Source: Squalus acanthias (taxonomy: Eukaryota). Taken from it: a stretch of DNA of 64,000 bases. The position numbers and the translations under genes are program-made. Positions 23,993 through 35,603 of the stretch are shown here, piece after piece. Under the pieces are notes generated by a model. It had not been told where the DNA came from and did no database searches. It was given only the letters and a program-made list of their open reading frames with translations. The first letter of the stretch is position 1. Every line of letters starts with the position of its first letter. The stretch covers positions 1-64,000 of the forward strand of contig JASTWF010000350.1 in the NCBI GenBank assembly GCA_030390025.1, given 5' to 3'.

Positions 23993-25602
23993 CGGCACAG
24001 AGCGGGATTAAACGGAGTGGACTTGAACAGAGTGTTTTATTTGGGAATTTGGAAAGAGTGGGAATTCGGAGAAGAGAGGGAAGGAGTTGTTGCTTTTGCC
24101 TACACTACTTGTAGTGCTTTGTGTTACAGGTAGATATTTAATTCCAGTACCCTTAACTCAATCTAGATCAAGTAAGTAGTCAGAAAACTACACTGTAAAC
24201 TAAGTTACCTAATTACAAATTTAATTAAATTTAATTAAATAAAACAAGGTCATATAGGGATGGCAGTGCAGGTGGTGTGACCCAACTGCAGCATGTGGGA
24301 GTTTGTGGAGAGCATTGTGATCCTGGACAACCACGTTTGCAGTAAGTGCCTGCATCTTGAGGAACTTCAGCTCAGAGTTTTTGAGTTGGAGTCTGAGGGG
24401 CAGAGATTGCGGGGCATCAGGGATGGGGAGAGTTACCTGGACACTTTGATCCAGGAGGCAGGTTAGGTTAGGTAGTGGTACAGGTCTGGTTAGTGGTCAG
24501 GGACTGAAGGGTTTGACTGCAACTCAGGCAGGTAAGGGGACCCCAGGTGCAGTGCTGGAGGAGCCTCAGCCTTTGCCCTTGTCCAACAGGTATGAGGTTC
24601 TTGCTGCCTGTGTGGATGAGGGAAAAGCCTGCAGGATGGATGAGCAGGCTGACCATGGCACCATGGTGCAGGAGGCCATTCAAGTGGGGGGAGTGAAAGG
24701 GAATGTAGTTGTGGAAGGGGACAGTATAGTCAGGGGGATAGATACTGTTCTCTGCAGCCACGACCGAGAGTTCCAAAGGTTGTGTTGCCTGCCCAGTGCC
24801 AGGGTTAAAGACATCTCCTCACGCCTGGAGAAGAACTTGGAGTGGGAGGGGGAGGATCCAGTTGTCGTGGTCCACATAGGAACCAACGATATAGGTAGAA
24901 CTAGGAATGAACTTCTGCTGAGGGAGTTTGAGGAGCTAGGGTCCAAATTAAAAAGTAGAACCTCAAAGGTAATAATCTGTGGATTGTTACTTGAGCCACG
25001 TGCAAATTGGCATACTTCAAATCTAATCAAAGCAAACTACGTAGATATGAGGGGCGAGTTGGCTAAGGTAGATTGGGAAACTACATTAAAAGGTATGATA
25101 GTGGATGAGCAATGGCTAGCATTTAAAGAATTATTATATAATTTACAACAAATATACATTCCTTTAAGGCTCAAAAACCCCACAGGAAAAGTGGTCCAAC
25201 CTGTGGCTAACAAGAGAAGTTAAAGATAGTATTAGATGAAAGGAAAAGGCTTATAATGCTGCCAAAAAGAATAGTAAGCCTGAGGATTGGGAGGATTTTA
25301 GAATTCAGCAAAGGAGGACCAAGAAATTGATAAAGAAAGGGAAAATAGAATGAGAGTAAACTAGCGAGAGACATAAAAACAGACTGTAAAAGCTTCTATA
25401 GGTATGTAAAAAGGAAAAGATTAGCAAAGTAAATGTGGGTCCTTTACAGGCTGAGACAGGAGAAATTATAATGGGGAATAAGGAAATGGCAGTGAAATTA
25501 AACAAATACTTTGTGTCTTTCTTCACAGAAGAAGACACAAAAATCTTCCCAGAAATAGTGGACAACCAAGGGTCTAGCGAGAATGAGGAACTGAAAGATA
25601 TT

Positions 25603-26345
25603 GGCCCAGAAATTGATCTCGCTCTGTTCCCGCGGGGGTAAGGCTTCCCCGCGATCTCTCACTCCGCTTGTGCTTTTTCAGATCCAGCTCGCATGAACTT
25701 GATGTTCCAGACATCAGCTGGGCAGTGCTTGCGTATCCCACCGGCGTAGTGAATTCGTGCGAGCTGTGGGATCACGTGACTCAGTTAGAGCCAATGGCAG
25801 CACACCATCTTCCATTCATAAGTTTCACATACGTGCTGTGAAATCTATGAATCTTACACCCCCCCAAAATAACAGCTAAACCTCAATTAAATTTTAAAAA
25901 TAACCCATCACATTAATAAAATAAGTATAGTTAAATAAATTAACCATTTTAAATAAAAAATTAAATTTTTGAAAAAATTTAAAATCTTTTAAAAGTTATA
26001 AAAATAAACTTACCTGTCTTTAAAGTCTCTAAAAAAGATATACCTGTTAAAAAAAATTCAAAAAAATACTTAATTCACTACTTACCTTGTTAAAAGTGGG
26101 TCTTACTCCTCCTTTTTCCATTTCTAAAATCTTCCGTACTTACCTGCGCGTCCAAAGCATGAAGTGCACAGCGTGCGCGCAGCCTGTAGCGCGCACGCGA
26201 TGCACCGAGGAACCGCCCCCTTTTCAAAAGACCAAGTGCCGGTTTTCAGCGCATGCGCAGGGCATGCAGAAAACCGGCAATTGGAGAGAGAATACGCGAG
26301 AGTACGCAGTGCGTACTCTCGCGTCGCGGGATGAATTTTTGGCCC
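25603..26345. mobile_element. Non-autonomous TIR element (PIF/Harbinger-like) inside CR1
   Basis: TIR ggcccagaaattgatctcgc / gggccaaaaattcatcccgc; TSD att; CR1 sequence continues across it. Confidence 0.82.
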
Positions 26346-27494
26346 ATTAGTATGAGTAAAAAAGTAGTACTGGAGAAATTAATGGGACTGAAAGCCGATA
26401 ATTATTAAGGATGTGGTAATAGGGCACTTAGAAAATAATAATAGGATTGGGCAGAGTCAACACGGATTTATGAAAGGGAAATCGTGTTTGACAAATCTGT
26501 TAGAGTTTTTTGAGGTAGTAACTAGCAGAATAGATAAAGGGGAACCAGTGGATGTAGTGTATTTGGATTTTCAGAAGGCATTCGATAAGGTGCCACACAA
26601 GAGGTTATTAAACAAAATTAGGGCTCATGGGATTGGGGGGTAATATACTAGCATGGATTGAGGATTGGTTAATGGACAGAAAACAGAGAGTAGGAATAAA
26701 CGAGTCATTTTCAGGTTGGCAGGCTGTAACTAGTGGGGTACCGCAAGGATCAGTGCTTGGGCCTCAGCTATTCACAATCTATATCAATGATTTGGATGAG
26801 GGGACCAAATGTAATATATCCAAGTTTGCTGATGATACAAAGCTGGGTGGGAATATAAGTTGTGAAGAGGATGCAAGGAGGCTTCAAGGGGATATAGACA
26901 GGCTAAGTGAGTGGGCAAGAACATGGCAAATGGAATATAATGTGGAGAAATGTGAAGTTATCCACTTTGGTAGGAAAAATAGAAAAGCAGAGTATTTTTT
27001 AAATGGTGAGAGATTGGGAAATGTTGGTGTTCAGAGGGACCTGGGTGTCCTTGTACACAAATCACTGAAAGTTAACATGCAGGTACAGCAAGCAATTAAG
27101 AAAGCAAATGGTATGTTGGCCTTTATTACAAGAGGATTTAAGTATAAGAGTAAAGACGTCTTACTGCAATTATATAGGGCCCTGGTGAGACCACACCTGG
27201 AGTATTGTGTACAGTTTTGATCTCCTTACCTAAGAAAGGATATACTTGCCATAGCAGGAGTGCAACGAAGGTTCACCAGACTGGTTCCTGGGATGGGGGG
27301 ATTGTCCTGTGAGGACAGATTGAGTAGACTAGGCCTATATTCTCTGGAGTTTAGAAGAATGAGAGGTGATCTCATTGAAACATACAAAATTCTTACAGGG
27401 CTTGACAGGGTAGATGCAGGGAGGATGTTTCCCCTGGCTGGGGAGTCTAGAACCAGGGGTCACAGTCTCAGAATAAGGGGTTGGCCATTTAGGA

Positions 27495-29129
27495 ATGGTA
27501 GAAGCAATGGAAGGGGTAAAATTGATAGACAGGATGTACTAGAAAGGCTGGGTATGCTTAGAGTGGGTAAGTCGCCTGGTCCAGATGGCTTGCATCCCAG
27601 GTTGCTAAGGGAATTGGGGGAGGAGATAGCAGAAGGGCTTGCCATAATTTTCCAATCTTCCCTAGATGTGGGGGAGGTGCCTGAGGATTGGAAAGTGGCA
27701 AATGTGACACCATTGTTCAAGAAAGGGTGTAAGGACAATCCTAGTAACTACAGGCCAGTCAGTTTAACATCAGTGTTGGGTAAAGTTTTAGAAACAATAA
27801 TCAAGGAAAAATTAATGGGCACTTGGAGAGGTTTAAGCTAATTAAGGAGAGCCAACATGGATTTGTAAAAGGCAGATCATGTTTAACTAATCTAATTGAA
27901 TTTTTGATGAAGTAACAGGGAGAATCGATGAAGGGAATGCAATGGATGTTGTCTACATGGATTTTAGGAAGGCGTTTGACAAAGTACCACATAGAAGGCT
28001 GGTTAACTAAATTGAGGCTCATGGAACAGGTGGGTCAGTGGCAGCTTGGATAAGGAATTGGCTTAAGGACAGAAAACAACGAATTGTGGTAAATGGCTGT
28101 TTTTCAGACTGGAGGATGGTAGACAGTGGTGTTCCCAAGGGTCAGTGCTGGGGCCACTGCTTTTTTGATATATATAAATGACCTGGATAATAGAATACAA
28201 AGTAGAATTTCTAAATTTGCTGATGACACTAAACTTGGGGGTGTGGCAAACAGTGAGGATGATACCAATCGACTGCAACAGGACATAGAAAGGCTAGCAG
28301 AATGGGCAGACAAGTGGCAGATGGAATTTAATACGGAGAAGTGTGAGGTGATGCATTTTGGCAGAAGGAACAGGGAGAGGCAATATACACTTAATGGCAC
28401 AGTTTTAAAGAGTGTGCAGGGACAGAGGGACCTGGGAGTTAATGTGCATAGGTCCCTGAAGGTGGCAGGACATATTGAAAGAGTGGTTAGCAAAGTATAA
28501 GGGATCTTGGGTTTCATAAATAGAGGTATTGAGTACAAAAGTAGAGAAGTTATGCTGAATCTTTATAAAGCGCTGGTTAGGCCACAACTGGAGTATTGCG
28601 TCCAGTTCTGGTCACCACACTTTAGGAAGGATGTGAAGGCCCTTGAGAGGGTGCAGAGGAGATTTACCAGAATGGTTCCGGGGATGGGGAATCTTAGCTA
28701 CAAGGGCAGGTTGGAGAAGCTGGATTTGTTTTCATTAGAGCAAAGGAGGTTGAGGGGTGATTTGATAGAGGTGTACAAGATTATGACGGGTTTGGATAGG
28801 CTAGACGGGGAAAGGCTGTTCCCACTAGTTGATGGTACAAGGACTAGCGGACACAGATTTAAGGTTTTGGGCAAGAGATACAGGGTGGATGTAAGGAAAA
28901 ACTTTTTTACGCAGCGAGTGGTGAGGACCTGGAACTCGCTGCCGACGGAAGTGGTGGAAGCGGAGACACTCAATGTTTTCAAGGGGAGACTGGATAGGCA
29001 CTTGAGGGAAATAAACTTGCAGGGCTACGGGGATAGAGCGGAGGAATGGGACTGACTCGATTGCTCTACAGAGAGCTGGCATGGACTCGATGGGCCAAAT
29101 GGCCTCCTTCTGTGCCGTTATGACTCTAT
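27495..29129 (+). mobile_element. Second CR1 (5'-truncated) nested in the preceding CR1
   Basis: KSPGPDG..FADD..WNSLP; tail (tgactcta)n; host breaks at catttagga and resumes at ctgagatgag. Confidence 0.9.
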
Positions 29130-29388
29130 GACTGAGATGAGAAATTTCTTCACTCAAAGTGTTGTGAATCTTTGGAATTCTCTACCCCAGAGGACTGTGG
29201 AGGCTCAGTCGTTGCGTATATTCAAGACAGAGATCGATAGATTTTTGAATATTAAGGGAATCAAGGGATATGGGGATAGTTCAGGAAAGTGGAGATGAGG
29301 TAGAAGATCAGCCATGATGTTACTGAATGGCGGAGCAGGCTCGAAGGGCCAAATGGCCGACTCCTGCTCCTATTTCTTATGTTCTTAT

Positions 29389-29509
29389 GTGATCCATTGT
29401 CCAGATTGAATTCCTGTCCTGAGTGATCCCCTGTCAAGAGTGACCCCTGTCCAGAGTGATCCATCATCCAGAGTGATCCACTGTCCAGAGTGATCTACTG
29501 TCCAGAGTC
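29389..29509 (+). repeat. 17-bp minisatellite, terminal segment
   Basis: Same unit as 16128-17016. Confidence 0.9.
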
Positions 29510-29571
29510 AGCTCTAATATAAGTGAGAAGTCGCACAACACCAGGTTATAGTCCAACAGTTTTATTTGAAA

Positions 29572-29608
29572 TCACAAGCTTTCGGAGCGCTGCTCCTTCG
29601 TCAGGTGA
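29572..29608 (-). ncRNA. Minimal type I hammerhead ribozyme motif
   Basis: ucac CUGACGA a GGAGC agc GCUCC GAAA GC UU guga. Confidence 0.78.
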
Positions 29609-30505
29609 AGTGAAGAAATACAAATGGGCACAGCATAAATAGACAGAGAACAATGCCTGTGCAGAGAACAATGCCAGACGACTACAGTTAATCTTTCTAA
29701 CTGCCCTTTATCACACCTCAGCAGAGAGACAATCACGGCAATCAAATCCAACCAGGTCAGTCAGGAAGACATTACATCAAAGACGATAGCAAAATACAAC
29801 CACGACAATGAGGTGGGGTCACAAGGGGTCCAATGTGGCAGAGGCTGCAGTCTGTATGGAAAACAAAAAACTTTAAACTTTTTACTTTTTTTGCTGGAAA
29901 TCCCCAGCAGGTCCGGCCGCATCTGTGTAGAGAGAACAAGCCAACGACAACTCGAGTCTGGATGACTCTACGTCAGGTGGGGTTACATGTAACGTGACAT
30001 GAACCCAAGCGTTCTCCAAGGCGGCCTTTGAGACACACGACAACGCAAAATCATCGAGCAGAAACTGATAGCCAAGTTCCGCACCCATGAGGACGGCCTC
30101 AACCGGGATCTTGGGTTCATGTCACGCTACATGTAACCCCACCTGACGTAGAGTCATCCAGACTCGAGTTGTCGTTGGCTTGTTCTCTCTACACAGATGC
30201 GGCCGGACCTGCTGGGGATTTCCAGCAGAAAAAGTAAAAAGTTTAAAGTTTTTGGTTTTCCATACAGACTGCAGCCTCTGCCACATTTGACCCATTGTGA
30301 CCCCACCTCATTGTCTTTGTTGTATTTTGCTATCGTCTTTGATGTAATGTTTTCCTGACTGACCTGGTTGGACACCATCCACACCTTTGATTGCTGTGAT
30401 TGTCTCTCTGCCGAGGTGTGATAAAGGGCAGTTAGAAAGATTAACTGTAGTCGTCTGGCATTGCTCTCTGTCTATATATGCTGTGCCTATAGGCATCTCC
30501 TCACT

Positions 30506-30542
30506 TCACCTGACGAAGGAGCAGCGCTCCGAAAGCTTGTGA
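30506..30542 (+). ncRNA. Minimal type I hammerhead ribozyme motif
   Basis: Inverted copy of 29572-29608. Confidence 0.78.
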
Positions 30543-31966
30543 TTTCAAATAAGGCTGTTGGACTATAACCTGGTGTTGTGCGACTTCTCACTTTTGTCCA
30601 CCCCAGTCCAACACCGGCATCTCCGCATCATAGCTCTAATATAGACTGAGCTAAGTCTAACCACACTAACCCAGCCCAGTGAGAGCAACATCTTCTTTCC
30701 CAGAGTCCGGCACGGCCCAGAGGGACTGAGCAGAGGTTCTCAGTAAGTCCAGATACTCTGGGAACTCCCTTTCACAGACCTGGGCAGGAGTATCTATGAA
30801 ATAGTAATAGCCTCATTATACAAGCTACAGTTTGTGATCAGAACCATTTATTTTGCTAATTGCTTGAACAAGATAAATCAGTTTGTGTTTCAGCTGGTGA
30901 CATTTAAGTATCTTTAGTAACATTCTTTGGGAATTAGTGATACATACATTGAGAGTAAACAGTTTTTTCCCTCATTTTTGGCATAAACATCGCAGCCACC
31001 CCACATTCAGCCCGATACACGACCAACACAATAAAGCCTTTGAACATTATTCTCCTTTGTGTTTTTCTACAAAAGGAACAGTATTTAATAACACGCAATC
31101 AGGCTACAAATCCCCTTGTGATTTCCAGTGAAGTGTTTGGCAACAGAGGAGAGGCTAACTGGTCTCGTTCTCAGGGATGAACCAAACTGGCCTAGTTCGC
31201 AGGCTTGCTCCTGCCCGCGTGAATCAGTGAAGCTCGTCTCACCTGGCACCCTGTATCGGCTGAAAGTGCTGCCGAGTCGCACGGTCCCAGGTTCGATTCC
31301 CAGTCAGGGCTGAGTTCACTGATGGTGGTTACACACCCCACATTGGACTTCAGTGTCACCTGGGTGTGAGAGGGGACTAAGTCAGACACTTTCTGATGGC
31401 CATCCATTCCCGAGTCTCGTAGTCGGCAAGCCTTTCTTCGGGGTTTTCAAGCGCACATTGATGCCGGTTCTCCCTTGTCCCCAGCCTCATGTTTGCACAG
31501 GCCCTCCTTGTGTTGGTATTGTCACTCTTTGTCATCAGCCTAGACCTCCCCATACTTTCCCTGTGCCTCCTCATCATTGTACTGTTCCTGCTCATGGCTG
31601 TTCTGCCCCTTTGAAGCTTCCAGTGAAGCACTTTTATTGGCAACCACCGTCCTTATCCTTTTGCTCCACTGACAAACAAGCCAAGAACCTCGGCTGAGTT
31701 CAGGCTAAAACTACAATTCAGACATATTACACAAGATAAATTTAAACAGAAACAAATATAAACCAGCTGATAAACAGCAATACAGTACTCAACTTACACT
31801 AATAGTTTAAACAGTTCCCCAAACCAAAATAACACGTGGGCTGCTTTTAATGCACCACGCGTTTTCTGCAAGAAACAGTGTTGGTGAGTTAATTTCTTGC
31901 CCGCTCGCGGCAGAAAAAGGTCACGTCGATTTTAACTGCCAGGCCTCATCACCATGCCACCAGTCG

Positions 31967-31988
31967 ACTTCCTGTCTGGACAGGAAGT
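31967..31988. promoter_or_regulatory. Perfect inverted pair of ETS-type motifs (candidate enhancer element)
   Basis: acttcctgtc-tg-gacaggaagt in apparently non-repetitive DNA. Confidence 0.3.
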
Positions 31989-32026
31989 GAGGTGAGAAGC
32001 AGCTGCTGACCTGTGGAAAGTCAGGT

Positions 32027-32460
32027 GCCCCTGTGCTCGCTGGCCTACATTGGCTCCCGGTCCGACAACACCTTGGATTTAAATTTCTCATCCTGGTTTT
32101 CAAATCCCTCCATGGCCTTGCCTATCCCTATCTCTGTAACCTCCTCCAGCCCTACAACCCTCCTTCAAGTCTGGCCTCTTGCGCATCCCCGATTTTAATC
32201 GTTCCACTATTGACGGCCGTGCCTTCAGCTGCCGGGGCCCTAAGCTCTGGAATGCCCTCCCTAAATCTCTCCGCTTCTCTACCTCACTCTCCTCCTTTAA
32301 GTTGCTCCTTAAAACCTACCTCTTTGACTAAGCTTTTGGTCATCTGCCCTAATATCTCCTTATGTGGCTTGGTGTCAAATATTGTTTGCTAATGCTCCTG
32401 TGAAGTGCCTTGGGACGTTTTACTATGTTAAAGGCGCTATATAAATACAAGTTGTTGTTG
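32027..32460 (+). mobile_element. L2-type LINE 3' end
   Basis: LAGLHWLPVRQHLGFKFLILVFKSLHGL; tail ggcgctatataaatacaag(ttg)n shared with the DeuSINE tail. Confidence 0.85.
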
Positions 32461-32621
32461 CGGCTGCCCGCCCAAACTCAGGTAGGTGTGAGGATGGGGG
32501 TTTACGTGGCATCTCACGGTAGCGGAATGGAGTGGGGGGGGAAGTCCAGGGCTGGGGGGGCGGGGGCCTCCACTTTCTTTGTGAGACTTGGAGGAACACT
32601 CTTGCTCCAAAAAGGAAGAGC

Positions 32622-32830
32622 ATGCCATAGCCCTGAAATTTTCCTCTTGAAATATTTATCCAATTTCCTTTTGAAAGTTACTATTGAATCTTCTTCCACC
32701 GTCCGTGCAGGCGGAGTGTTCCAGATCACAACTCGCTGAGTAAAGAAATGCCTCCTCATTTCCCCTCCGGTTCTTTTGCCAATTTACCTTAAATTTTTTC
32801 TCTCTGGTTACCTGGTTACTAGTTTGAAGC
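32622..32830 (-). mobile_element. CR1 3' fragment (old)
   Basis: RRHFFTQRVVIWNTP..VEEDSIVTFKRKLDKY. Confidence 0.75.
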
Positions 32831-33024
32831 TGCGTCCTCTTGCCTCACTCCTTCTTTCTCAACTGAGAAGGCAAGTTGTGGGTGACGTGATCTCACTTCT
32901 GCCCAGTCCGTCTCACCTCATGGGGCGACTGCCCCTCACCCAACGCCCGGAACGCCGGGAGTGTTGTTGGCCGCTACTACCCAAGGACTTTCTCAGTCAG
33001 TGATGATGGGCGCCGATGAGTACC

Positions 33025-33690
33025 AGCTTGGCTTGGTAGGTAGGCAGGCCTCTCATCTCTGGGTTCAAGCGCCACTCCAGGCCTTGAGCAAATGATCGAG
33101 ACTGACACACAAGTCAGGCTGGGCTGCTGTGCCACACTTTATACTCATTTGTTCTCAGGATGCTGCCAAATTGCTCCCACAATTGCATTGTGATAATGAC
33201 CTTGATAGTGAGGCTGGTTCGGGGATAAATATTGATCAGGACACCAGGGAGAACTCTCCTGCTCTTCTTCTAAACAGTGCCATATGATTTTTATGCTGCA
33301 TCCGAAAGACGGCAGCTCTGACAGTGCAGCACTCCCTCAGTACTGCACTGGAGTGTCAGCCTGGATTTGTGTTCAAGTCTCTGGAGTGGGGCTTGAGCGA
33401 TACCACTGAACCACGGCTGACACCCTGTCTTCCAGATGAGATATTAAACCAAGACCCTGTCCCCCTGTTCTGGTGGTTTTAGGTGGATGTAAGAGATCCC
33501 ACAACACTACATAAAGAGCAGGGGATTTCTCCCAGAGTCCCGGCCAAGACTCCTGTCATTCAACACCACCAAAAGCAGGTTGTTCATCTCATGTGCTCTT
33601 TCTGGGATCTGTCTGTGCACACTCTGGCTACTCTGGGAGTCCATGTGCCAGCAGTAGCTGGCATTGGGTGGCCTAAGGGTGCTTTATAAG
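33025..33690. mobile_element. Cluster of degenerate DeuSINE fragments in both orientations
   Basis: 33225-33425 matches the minus strand and 33424-33690 the plus strand of 33848-34320. Confidence 0.65.
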
Positions 33691-33847
33691 TGCGAGTTTT
33701 TCCTATCAGGTGTAGGTAGAGGGAGTAGTAATTAATGAAGTGTTCGTGGGGGCCGGGATGAATTCTGTGTCCGTCCCTCTAGCAATGATATAATATGTGC
33801 ATTTGTAGATGGTTCCTTATGCCATGTTAGTGTTCCGCATGGGTTTA

Positions 33848-34320
33848 GTGTCAGCTGTGGCTCAGTGGTAACACTCTCACCTCTGAGTCAGAAGGTTGTG
33901 GGTTCAAGTCCCACTCCAGAGACTTGAGCACATAAATCTAGGCTGACACTCCCAGTGCAGTGCTGAGGGAGTGCTGCACTGTCGGAGGTGGCATCTTTCG
34001 GATGAGATGTTAAACCGAGGCCCTGTCTGCTCTCTCAGGTGGACGTAAACGATCCCATGGCACTATTTCGAAGAAGAGCAGGGGTGTTCTCCCCAATGTC
34101 CTGGGCCAATATTTATCCCTCAATCAACATCACTAAAACAGATTATCTGGTCATTATCATATTGCTGTTTGTGGCATCTTGCTGTGCGCAAATTGGCTGC
34201 CGTGTTTCCTACATTACAATAGTGACTACACTTATAAAGTAATTCATTGGTTGTACAGCCTTTTGGGACGTCCTGAAGTCGTGAAAGGCGCTATATAAAT
34301 GCAAGTCCTGTCTTTCTTTT
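33848..34320 (+). mobile_element. Full-length DeuSINE (SacSINE1/AmnSINE1-like) with tRNA head and L2-type tail
   Basis: A box tggctcagtgg at 33858, B box ggttcaagtccc at 33901, Deu-domain-like body, tail aaaggcgctatataaatgcaagtc plus CT-rich end. Confidence 0.85.
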
Positions 34321-35190
34321 CTTTTAGTTTGAGTGTGTGATTTAGAGACACTCCCTCAGCAGTCAGCAGTGGCCAGTGGCAGTTGTTTTGATGAGGAGGA
34401 TCCCGAGGCCTGGGCCTGGCAGGTGGGGATCTGATGGGGGGATGGAGGGGGAGGGGAATGCTGAACATGGGGCGGGCGATTGCCCGATTGGGGGGGGCAG
34501 GGTGCACCATCCTAGCGGGGAGCAGGGCTCACGGGCAGATCCTTCTATCCCACGGCTGGGATGAAATATTTTACCCTGCTCCCTCGCCAGCAGCCCCCCC
34601 CCCTCCCCGACCCCACTGTCACATAGGACTGCGCCAGTGAGGGGCACCGAGTCGATGTGCTGATTATTCCCCGGGAAAGAACGAGGATCCGTTGCCAATC
34701 AGGAAAACAAAAGACCATTTATTATTGAGTTGCTGTTTGGGTTTTTTTGGTCGCCCTTCCCCCTCCCCTCGGCGACTCGCAAACAACTGTTATGCAAGAG
34801 CTCTGCTCCGTGTGTGTGAGTGCAAAGCTCCGGTTAGCCCACTTCACACACACAGCACGTGGGCTCCTGATCACTGCCACGGCCAATGTAATTGTCCGTT
34901 GGAGCAGCTGGAGCTTAGGAGCTGGGGGGGGGGGGCGGGGGTGATCTGACAGAGCCAAACACTTCTGAGAAAGAATGGCTGTAACGCGAGCTGTGTTCTC
35001 CCTGGAATCCCCCTGCGTAGGGATTTAGAGGCTGAAAGGAATTTTGTTGTTTTGTGCGGGCTGCACTTGGCTTTGCAAGCACTGGTTCCAGGAAAGCTGC
35101 AAATACAATTTCCTCGGTGAACTTCATGACACGGGACGGTGCTTGGGGGAGGGGGGTGGGGGGGGGCAGAGGGGAACAGAGGGTGAATAG

Positions 35191-35583
35191 AGAAAGAAAA
35201 AACAAACTTGAATTTCTATAGTGCCTTTCACGACCTCAGAATGACCCCAAAGCACTTTACAGCCAATAAAGTACCTTTGAAGTGTAGTCGTTGTTATAAT
35301 GTAGGGAAACGTAGCAGTTAAATTCCGCACAGCAAGCTCCCACAAACAGCAATGTGATAATGACCAGATAATCTGGTTTATTGATGTTGGTTGAGGGATA
35401 AATATTGGCCAGGACACCGGGGAGAACTCCCCTGCTCTTCTTCGAATAGTGCCCTAAGATCTTTTATGTCCACCTGAGAGGGCAAAGGGGACCCCCATTT
35501 AAAGTCTCATCTGATAGACGGCACCTCTGACAGTGCAGCACTCCCTCAGTACTGAACTGGAGTGACAGCTTAGATTTTGTGCT
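35191..35583 (-). mobile_element. DeuSINE, 5'-truncated
   Basis: Reverse complement of 33930-34320. Confidence 0.82.
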
Positions 35584-35603
35584 TGCACAGAAACAGAAAC
35601 ACG

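Larger units (their letters stand above)
23993..29388 (+). mobile_element. Composite/deleted CR1 LINE (5' UTR + ORF1 remnant to ~25015, ORF2 pieces, 3' tail) with nested insertions
   Basis: ORF1 esterase motifs GDSIVR and HIGTND; RT at 26413-27490; resumes at 29130 and ends in (ttcttatg)n; minisatellite on both flanks. Confidence 0.85.
29522..30631. mobile_element. Penelope-like element palindromic insertion E3
   Basis: 12-bp TSD agctctaatata at 29510-29521 and 30632-30643; inverted arms 29521-30009/30110-30593; GIY-YIG C-terminus (SVLQGGL..KFRTHEDGLNRDLGFMSRYM*) on plus strand 30008-30136. Confidence 0.93.

Noticed and set aside
24513..25223. 236-aa ORF fusing an esterase to ORF2 sequence
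   Set aside because: Product of deletion or juxtaposition of decayed CR1 parts; the esterase lacks its DxxH end
33848..33920. tRNA genes at SINE heads (also 21700-21778, 48615-48680, 53655-53727)
   Set aside because: Only A/B boxes are retained, there is no convincing cloverleaf, and most are contiguous with SINE bodies
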